A stretch of 64,000 nucleotides of DNA from an uncultured delta proteobacterium. Its GTDB lineage: Bacteria; Desulfobacterota; Syntrophorhabdia; Syntrophorhabdales; WCHB1-27. The notes below the pieces were generated by a model. It was not told the origin of the DNA and searched no databases. It worked only from the letters and a program-made list of their open reading frames with translations. The stretch lies in assembly GCA_963810935.1 (NCBI GenBank), contig CAWEPK010000015.1, forward strand, positions 1-64,000. Direction: 5' to 3'. How positions within the stretch are numbered: the stretch's first letter is position 1; each line of letters begins with the position of its first letter. Below, in pieces: positions 57,255 through 64,000 of the stretch. A program made the translations under genes and the position numbers.

Positions 57255-58549
57255 GTGAGGTAACTACCGGCATCATCGGCATAGTCGTTTTGCTTTTAAT
57301 GTTCTTAACAGGCATAGAGCTCGCCTACGGGATGACCATAATAGGCTTTTTAGGCATCGCATACCTGGGCAAGATGAGCGCTGCGTCCAACCAGGTGGTC
57401 AAGGATTTCTTCGACACCTTCACCTCCTACGGCTTTACCGTTATCCCCATCTTCGTCCTCATGGGCCAGATCGCCTCCAACTCGGACATTGCCAAGAAGC
57501 TCTATAACTCGGCGGAGAAGTTTGTGGGCCACATACCCGGCGGGATCGCGATGACGACAGTCGTGGGGGCAACGCTTTTCAAGGCGATGTGCGGTTCCAC
57601 TATGGCGACGTGCGCTACGTTCGCCGGCATTGCCATTCCCGAGATGACCCGTCTGGGGTACAGTAAAAAGCTCTCCCTGGGGGTTGTCGCCTCGGTCGGC
57701 ACTCTGGGGATGCTCATCCCGCCCAGCGTCTCGCTGATTATTTACGGCATTGTCACCGAGCAGTCGATAGGGAAGCTCTTTCTCGCGGGCATTATCCCCG
57801 GTGTTCTGATATCCTTTTTCTTCATATTAGTCATTTACGGCTGGGTGAAGATCGACCCGTCGGTCGCACAGATGGCGCCTAAGTCCACCTGGCCCGAGAG
57901 GATCAAATCCTCCCCCGATTTCTTCTGGGTGGCCGTCATCTTCGTAGTCGTCATAGGGGGCCTCATGGAGGGCTGGTTCTCCCCCACCGAGGCAGGCAGC
58001 ATAGGCACGGCCGCAGTCCTGGTCCTTGCCCTGTCCAAGCGGACCCTGCCCTTCGGCAAGCTTCAAAAAGCCTTCGAGGAGTCCTTGCGGACCGCCTGCA
58101 TGGTCCTTCTTCTTATCGCAGGCTCCCAGGTCTTCGGCCACTTCCTTGCCGTAACATCGATCCCCTTTATAGCGGCGGACTGGATATCGGGGCTTCCTTT
58201 GAACAGGAACCTCGTTATGATCCTCATCATCTTTATCTACCTTTTAGGCGGCTCCTTCATAGACGACCTTGCCTTTATGATCCTTGCCACCCCCATCTTC
58301 TTCCCTGCGGTCGTCAAGCTGGGCTTCGACCCCATATGGTTCGGCATCATGGTCGGCATAACCATAATGATAGGTGTCGTCATACCGCCTGTGGCAATAG
58401 CGGTCTTTATAGTCAAGAACATAACCGGGGAGCCGTTCAACGTGATCTATGCGGGGGTATACCCGTTTTTGCTCGCTCTCATAGCCTGTGCGGCGCTTCT
58501 CTTTTTCTTCCCGCAGATCGCCACATGGCTGCCTTCGGTTCTGGGGTAG
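57251..58549 (+). CDS. dctM: TRAP transporter large permease
   Basis: IPIFVLMG, GTLGMLIPPS, FSPTEAG, GFDPIWFG; ATGA overlap with dctQ. Confidence 0.92.
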   Translation: MSEVTTGIIGIVVLLLMFLTGIELAYGMTIIGFLGIAYLGKMSAASNQVVKDFFDTFTSYGFTVIPIFVLMGQIASNSDIAKKLYNSAEKFVGHIPGGIAMTTVVGATLFKAMCGSTMATCATFAGIAIPEMTRLGYSKKLSLGVVASVGTLGMLIPPSVSLIIYGIVTEQSIGKLFLAGIIPGVLISFFFILVIYGWVKIDPSVAQMAPKSTWPERIKSSPDFFWVAVIFVVVIGGLMEGWFSPTEAGSIGTAAVLVLALSKRTLPFGKLQKAFEESLRTACMVLLLIAGSQVFGHFLAVTSIPFIAADWISGLPLNRNLVMILIIFIYLLGGSFIDDLAFMILATPIFFPAVVKLGFDPIWFGIMVGITIMIGVVIPPVAIAVFIVKNITGEPFNVIYAGVYPFLLALIACAALLFFFPQIATWLPSVLG

Positions 58550-58605
58550 GGGGACAAGATGCCGTTTAACAAAACGGCTGAAAGGATAAAGGGAGGGGGG
58601 TTTAC

Positions 58606-59493
58606 ATGGCATTCAAAAAAATAGGCGTGGTCGGATGCGGGGCGATGGGCGCGGGGATTGCGCAGCTTGCAGTGCAGGCCGGATACGATGTCGCAGTCAG
58701 CGACGTAGACACGGCGTTCCTCGACAAAGGCCTGGCGCGCGTGCGCGGCGGGTTGGAAAAGCTGGTGCAGAAAGGCGCGCTCACCGCGCCCGACCGGGAC
58801 GCGATGCTCGGCCGCCTGTCGGGAAGCACGGCACTTGAAACCTTCGCGGGCTGCGATCTTGTCATAGAGGCGATCGTCGAGGACATCGACGCAAAGAAGG
58901 CCGTCTTCGCGCGGCTTGACGCGATATGCGCTAAAGAGACGATCTTTGCCAGCAACACTTCGTCCCTTTCGGTGAGCACGATGGCCGCAGCCACGTCGCG
59001 CCCTACCCGCTTCATCGGCATGCATTTCTTCAACCCGGCAACCGTCATGCCCCTCGTGGAGATCATAAAGACCATAGCGACGGAGCCGCAGGTAGTCGAT
59101 GCGGCCTTCGAAGTAAGCAAGGCCCTCGGGAAGGCGCCGATACTGGCGAGCGACAACGCGGGCTTCATCGTGAACCTGCTCCTTACGCCTTATTTGATGG
59201 ACGCCATGCGCGCGGCCGGCACGGGGGTCGCCTCGGTCGAGCATATCGACATGGGCATGAAGCTCGGCTGCAACTACCCGATGGGGCCGCTTATGCTTTC
59301 GGACTTCATAGGCCTCGACGTCCTCATCAAGGGCGCGGCCAGGCTTTTCGAGGAATACGCAGACAGCCGGTACGCGCCTCCGCCGATCCTCAAACGGATG
59401 GTGACGATGGGATACTACGGGTTTAAAACCGGGAAGGGCTTTTACGACTGGTCCGACCCGAAGCACCCGGTACCGGGCAAGCTGGATTTATAG
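58606..59493 (+). CDS. 3-hydroxyacyl-CoA (3-hydroxybutyryl-CoA) dehydrogenase
   Basis: GCGAMGAGIA, IEAIVE, SNTSS, GMHFFNP, PMGP, DFIGLD. Confidence 0.93.
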   Translation: MAFKKIGVVGCGAMGAGIAQLAVQAGYDVAVSDVDTAFLDKGLARVRGGLEKLVQKGALTAPDRDAMLGRLSGSTALETFAGCDLVIEAIVEDIDAKKAVFARLDAICAKETIFASNTSSLSVSTMAAATSRPTRFIGMHFFNPATVMPLVEIIKTIATEPQVVDAAFEVSKALGKAPILASDNAGFIVNLLLTPYLMDAMRAAGTGVASVEHIDMGMKLGCNYPMGPLMLSDFIGLDVLIKGAARLFEEYADSRYAPPPILKRMVTMGYYGFKTGKGFYDWSDPKHPVPGKLDL

Positions 59494-59518
59494 CCTTCAC
59501 CGAGGAGAGCGATTAATT

Positions 59519-60298
59519 ATGCCGGACGTTCTGTGGGAGATCAAAAACCGCATCGGGTACGTGACGGTCAACAGGGCGCACTCGGCGAACAGCATCACGA
59601 AGCCGTGCGTCGATGACTTCTCCGCAGCCATCAAGGCATGCAGGGAGGACGACGCCTGCCGCGCCGTCATCATCACGGGCGCGGGAGAGAAGGCGTTCTC
59701 CGCGGGCGCCGACGTCAACACTTTTCTGGAAGAGATAGAAAAGCCCATGGGCGGAAGGGAATGGTCCAGGTACGGGCAGGCGGCCTTCAATCTGCTCGAC
59801 CGCCTCGGTAAGCCGACGGTCGCCGCGATTAACGGCCTCGCCATGGGCGGGGGGCTCGAGCTTGCCCTCGCCTGCACGTTCCGCATCGCCTCGCAAAGCG
59901 CAAGGCTCGGCTTCACGGAGATCAACCTGGGCCTTCTGCCCGGCTGGGGCGGCCATTCGCGGCTGACCAGGCTCGTCGGCAAAAGCAAGGCTGCCGAGCT
60001 TCTTTTGACAGGTGATTTGATAGGCGCGGAAGGCGCGCTTGCTATGGGCCTCGTCGATAAAGTGACGGCCCCGCAGAACCTGATATCCGAATGTGAGGCA
60101 CTGCTCGCGAGGATCATCAAGCACAGCCCGGTGGCGGTGCGGGTCGTCCTTGAGGCCCTGCATTACGCGCAGTACCAGCCGCTGGAGGACTCGCAGGTAC
60201 TCGAATCGAACCTGGGAGGGCTTGCCTGCGGAAGCGCGGAAGCGCAGGAAGCGCTCAAGGCGTTTATTGACAAAAGAAAGGGCGGTGCGAAGGGGTAA
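59519..60298 (+). CDS. enoyl-CoA hydratase (crotonase)
   Basis: FSAGAD, GGGLELAL, FTEINLGLLPGWGG; both catalytic glutamates present. Confidence 0.92.
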   Translation: MPDVLWEIKNRIGYVTVNRAHSANSITKPCVDDFSAAIKACREDDACRAVIITGAGEKAFSAGADVNTFLEEIEKPMGGREWSRYGQAAFNLLDRLGKPTVAAINGLAMGGGLELALACTFRIASQSARLGFTEINLGLLPGWGGHSRLTRLVGKSKAAELLLTGDLIGAEGALAMGLVDKVTAPQNLISECEALLARIIKHSPVAVRVVLEALHYAQYQPLEDSQVLESNLGGLACGSAEAQEALKAFIDKRKGGAKG

Positions 60299-60320
60299 GC
60301 TTAAAGCAAAGCCATTTTGA

Positions 60321-60641
60321 TTATTCCACGCTGCCCGGCAGCAGAAACGAATCCGCCCACTTCATGACCCTCTTCTCGTCCTCCGGGTCGATGCCCGGTG
60401 CCTCCTGAGACGACACCACCGGCGGGGATATAAGGTTGTTTCTCACCAGGTCCTCCGCCTCCTCCGGCGGGAGGCCGGTCTGCTCGAGCTCGACGGTCCT
60501 CGCAAGGGCCGCCGCGGTCTTATCGTCGAGGTAGTCCTTAAGCTCTCCCCTGTGGAAAAGGCCCAGGGTCTTATCCGGCCGGTTCTCCAGCATCCACAAC
60601 AGGTGTTCCCTCCACATGGGGTCGAGATGAAGTCTCTTCAA
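60321..60641 (-). CDS. hypothetical protein (106 aa)
   Basis: GGAGG SD before TTG; helical protein-like composition. Confidence 0.6.
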   Translation of the reverse strand: MKRLHLDPMWREHLLWMLENRPDKTLGLFHRGELKDYLDDKTAAALARTVELEQTGLPPEEAEDLVRNNLISPPVVSSQEAPGIDPEDEKRVMKWADSFLLPGSVE

Positions 60642-60672
60642 TGTCGGCCTCCTTCCGGCCTTGCGGGCTTGC

Positions 60673-61344
60673 TTATCCTCTCGGTCTATCGCCCGGGGCG
60701 GTGTAGTAATCGAAAAAGTGCTTGAAGTCGTCGAAGCTGAGCCGGGCCAGGGCCGAGACGTCGTGCCTCGCGAATTCCCTGATGAAGACGGGGACAATCC
60801 CGGCCGAAACGGCTGCCTCGATCCCTGCCCGCGCATCCTCGAACCCCACTACGCGGCCGGGGTCGACGGACAGGTATTCCAAAGCCATGATGAAGCCGTC
60901 AGGCATCGGTTTTCCGTTCCTGTACTCATCGACGCTGAAAACCGCGTCGAAGCGGCCGGACAATCCGGCGTTGTCCAGGATCATGAAGGTCTCTGCGCGG
61001 CCGCTGCCTGTGACGATCACTTTCCTTTGGGGCAGGCCGAGCACCTTATCGAGCCCGCTCGCCACGCGCAGGGCGGACGTCTTCAGGCATTGCTCTTTCT
61101 TCTTTAGAAAACCTTGCTGGATGCTCTCCGGCGTAGCGGTGATGGAATATTTGCGGATCAGGAACTCGAAAATGTCGGGCCAGGCGCGCCCGAAGACGAT
61201 CTCCGCGTCTTCACTGTCGAGCCCGATGTGCCACTGCTCCCTGAAATACGCGCCGATCAAATCGACGTTAAGCTGCTCCGTCTCCACGATTGTATCGTCC
61301 AGATCGAATATGAAGGCTTCTACCGGAAACATTGGCGCGTCCAT
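60673..61344 (-). CDS. HAD-superfamily phosphatase (beta-PGM-like)
   Basis: FDLDDT, KPMPD, GFEDA..G motifs. Confidence 0.88.
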   Translation of the reverse strand: MDAPMFPVEAFIFDLDDTIVETEQLNVDLIGAYFREQWHIGLDSEDAEIVFGRAWPDIFEFLIRKYSITATPESIQQGFLKKKEQCLKTSALRVASGLDKVLGLPQRKVIVTGSGRAETFMILDNAGLSGRFDAVFSVDEYRNGKPMPDGFIMALEYLSVDPGRVVGFEDARAGIEAAVSAGIVPVFIREFARHDVSALARLSFDDFKHFFDYYTAPGDRPRG

Positions 61345-61544
61345 GGGCTTGCCCGGATATTATATCATCAGGAAGCGCCTGTTGCCACAGTAGCGCGTAA
61401 GCCAGGGGACAGCCGAGGGAAAGAATGGCGCGGCGGCCCGGAAAAGGGCATCCGGGGGGTACTTGCTCCTCCGCTTCGGTTGACGTTTCGCGGTCGCCCT
61501 GTTAATATTAAGTAAAGACAGGGCCTTACAGGAATGAAGGTTAA

Positions 61545-61877
61545 ATGACCGGTACACACGGGACGTTTGCCGCTGTTAAGGATTTGGTTGAGCGCGGGCA
61601 TGTCGTAGTGTCGGAACACGGCTACGATGAGCTTGCGAATGACGGACTCTACGTGAGAGAAATCGCACAGGGTGTTGCTGCGGCGCTTGTTGTGGAGGAT
61701 TATCCGGAATACCCGAAAGGTCCCTGCGTTCTGACCCTTCAGGCCGACCACGAAGGCCGGCCGATTCACGTTGTCTGGGGTATACCGAAAGACAAGGCGT
61801 CTCCGGCTGTACTCGTAACGGCCTATCGGCCCGATCCGGGCCTTTGGACGGAAGATTTCAAGAGGAGAAAGAAGTGA
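61545..61877 (+). CDS. DUF4258 family protein (putative RelE-like toxin)
   Basis: SEHG..E, VVEDYP, IHVVWG, VLVTAYRPDP..W motif. Confidence 0.8.
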   Translation: MTGTHGTFAAVKDLVERGHVVVSEHGYDELANDGLYVREIAQGVAAALVVEDYPEYPKGPCVLTLQADHEGRPIHVVWGIPKDKASPAVLVTAYRPDPGLWTEDFKRRKK

Positions 61878-62089
61878 GAAAGAAACGGTATTCCAAGCTT
61901 GTGCAAGAAGGTGGATATGTCGCGGCAGTTGAGCTAGATTTGATCGAATCCGAGGAAGGCTGGTCGCCTTACATTAGCCTCGATGACGCCTATAAGCTGG
62001 ACGATGTCCGCGATGCCCTGCGGAACGGTGATCTTCGACGGGCCGCGCGCAACGCCAGCTTGTACAAGCTCACGCCTATCGCCGTCTAA
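61874..62089 (+). CDS. small protein translationally coupled to DUF4258 (putative antitoxin)
   Basis: GTGA overlap; 71 aa with acidic core. Confidence 0.7.
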   Translation: MRKKRYSKLVQEGGYVAAVELDLIESEEGWSPYISLDDAYKLDDVRDALRNGDLRRAARNASLYKLTPIAV

Positions 62090-62116
62090 ATGTCCTCCCC
62101 CCAGCATAGCATCTTG

Positions 62117-63547
62117 CTATGACCTTTTCAGCTCGATAATCTCCATGCGGTGGTTTGCCTCTGGGTGTCTCGACGAGGGGCCCTCCATCAGAAAAACCAG
62201 GTCTCCGGGAAGGCCGAGGCCGGCGACGCAGTTTCGCACGTATTCGTTCCATGTATCCGGAAGGCGCGCCTCGTACACCGGGTAGACCCCTGAAGAGAAT
62301 TGCAGTTGCTGGAGCGTTGCGTCATTGGAACTGACTGCTACGGTCCAGACAGGTAGACGGAACCGCGTTACGCTCCGGGGAGTCGCTCCGCTCCTCGTAG
62401 GGACAAAAACGGCCGCGGGCGTCACGCGCATAAGGCAATCCTCTACGCTGAGGGCAACCAGGCGCCCCGGCTCCGGCTTTCCTTCGATGTCAGCCCGCCT
62501 GAACATCTCTTCCGCCCTGATCATGGGCCTGTGCTGCTCCGCTACGGAAGCAATTTTGGCAAGCATCGCTACCGCATCGACCGGATACCTGCCCATGGCG
62601 GATTCCTCCGACAGCATGACGCAATCGGTCCCGTCCAGGATCGCATTCGCCACATCGGTCGCCTCGGCCCTGGTAGGGAGGCGGTTATCCGTCATCGACT
62701 CGAGCATCTGCGTTGCGGTTATGACCGGCTTGGCGCTCGTGTTCGCCAAACGCATAAGATGCTTCTGCACGATGGCGATTTGCTCGATCGGGACCTCGAC
62801 GCCGAGGTCTCCGCGGGCAATCATGATGCCGTCGGCCGCCTCGATGATTTCGTCTATGCGGTCCAGCGCGCCCGAGCGCTCTATCTTTGCAATGATAAAC
62901 GGCCGGTGACCCATTTCGGCAGCGGCCCGGCGCACCGCGTTTACGTCCTCTGCCGCCTCGACAAAGGACTGGCTTACCGCATCGACACCGTTTTCGAGGG
63001 CAAATTGCAGGCAGTCGCGGTCGTGCCCGGTAAACGCGCTTATGCCGAGGTCGATGCCGGGGAGATTAAGCCCCTTGCGCGAGCGAAGCTCGCCGCCCGC
63101 CCTCACCCTGCACGTCACATCGTTGCCCGCCACCCGGACAACTTCGAGCTGGATGTAGCCGTCATTCAAAAATAGCGCGTCGCCGGGCTTTACGGACTTC
63201 GGAAGACCGGCAAACGAGACGGAAACGCGGTCTTTATTTCCCGTGATATTTTCGGTTGTCAGAATAAATTCGTCGCCGGATCGAAGCTCCACGGGCTCCG
63301 GCGAGATTGTGCCGACCCGCATTTTAGGGCCCGGAAGGTCAGCCATGATCGCTACCCTCCGGCCAGTCGATTTCGATGCGGCCCGCAGGTCTTCGATGAT
63401 TTTTTTATGGGTCGGGAAGTCGCCGTGCGAAAAGTTGAGCCGGGCGACGTCCATGCCCGCTTCGATCATCTGCACCATCACGTCGATTGACTCGGAGGCC
63501 GGTCCGATGGTGCATACGATCTTTGTCTTCTGAGAAGGGAGTTTCAT
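62117..63547 (-). CDS. pyk: pyruvate kinase
   Basis: TKIVCTIGP, RLNFSHG, DLPGPK, AKIE, ARGDLGVE, ATQMLESM, PTRAE. Confidence 0.96.
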   Translation of the reverse strand: MKLPSQKTKIVCTIGPASESIDVMVQMIEAGMDVARLNFSHGDFPTHKKIIEDLRAASKSTGRRVAIMADLPGPKMRVGTISPEPVELRSGDEFILTTENITGNKDRVSVSFAGLPKSVKPGDALFLNDGYIQLEVVRVAGNDVTCRVRAGGELRSRKGLNLPGIDLGISAFTGHDRDCLQFALENGVDAVSQSFVEAAEDVNAVRRAAAEMGHRPFIIAKIERSGALDRIDEIIEAADGIMIARGDLGVEVPIEQIAIVQKHLMRLANTSAKPVITATQMLESMTDNRLPTRAEATDVANAILDGTDCVMLSEESAMGRYPVDAVAMLAKIASVAEQHRPMIRAEEMFRRADIEGKPEPGRLVALSVEDCLMRVTPAAVFVPTRSGATPRSVTRFRLPVWTVAVSSNDATLQQLQFSSGVYPVYEARLPDTWNEYVRNCVAGLGLPGDLVFLMEGPSSRHPEANHRMEIIELKRS

Positions 63548-63617
63548 AGTCCGGCCTGGTTTCTACGTTACATCTTTTCTGCCTTCTTAGTCAATACAGC
63601 CTCTTCCCATTCCTGAA

Positions 63618-63657
63618 TAAGCCAAAGCCCCGCTGGTTGTCGCGGGGCTTTGGCTTA
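63618..63657. terminator. 16-bp stem hairpin, probable terminator of the MFS gene
   Basis: TAAGCCAAAGCCCCGC / GCGGGGCTTTGGCTTA. Confidence 0.6.
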
Positions 63658-63679
63658 AACGACAATTGAAAGACTTTCT

Positions 63680-64000
63680 TTAGGCAGCCGCTGCCGCCGC
63701 GCCGGACGCCTGCTTGGCCCTTCTTACGACGTGCCCCTGCAGGATCAGTAGAAAAACGGCGACGACGAGCCCCAATGTGGCCTGAGTGGCGCAGATCTGG
63801 AAGACGCTCCAGTTCATGGTGAGGAGGTATCCGCCAACCGCCGGGGCGCCCATCGCCCCGATCTTCGCTACCGCGTAAGCCCAGCCGATGCCCGACCCCC
63901 TGATGTCGGAAGGATACGAAACGGTCGTCACGGCGAGCGTCCCCGTCTGGCTGCCGTTGATGAAGAGACCGCAGACGACTGACATGGCGGCGATTGCGAG
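63680..64000 (-). CDS. MFS transporter, aromatic acid:H+ symporter-like (C-terminal part only)
   Basis: YPSDIRGSGIGWAYAVAKIGAMGAP motif; runs off the window. Confidence 0.8.
   Translation of the reverse strand, partial: LAIAAMSVVCGLFINGSQTGTLAVTTVSYPSDIRGSGIGWAYAVAKIGAMGAPAVGGYLLTMNWSVFQICATQATLGLVVAVFLLILQGHVVRRAKQASGAAAAAA

Overview
GC-rich chromosomal window from an anaerobic Gram-negative bacterium. The gene content (TRAP and CoA catabolism, IorA, a Geobacter-type GEMM-I riboswitch, a TPLPP-CTERM protein) suggests Desulfobacterota, possibly Syntrophorhabdaceae-like; this is inference. It holds housekeeping genes (RNase II, ettA, dnaK, pyk, panE), metal and ion transport (copA, chrA, TauE, a CusA-type RND pump, a kdp cluster, a Fur regulator beside an OprB-type porin), a ~14 kb CoA-dependent catabolic cluster, a putative toxin-antitoxin pair and many REP/MITE-like palindromes. 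No tRNA, rRNA, CRISPR array or transposase was seen. About 13 genes are broken by single-base indels that look like long-read sequencing errors. Best leads: (1) a Fur-controlled CxxC/RGPP leader peptide whose putative stall site covers an anti-Shine-Dalgarno for a downstream porin; (2) a diverged copy of the dnaK promoter, operator and first 13 codons that now precedes a 27-aa peptide and a small Zn-finger protein 41 kb away; (3) an AbfD-like flavoprotein lacking the Fe-S cysteines inside a beta-oxidation-like cluster with no acyl-CoA dehydrogenase; (4) an L7Ae-fold protein outside its usual context.
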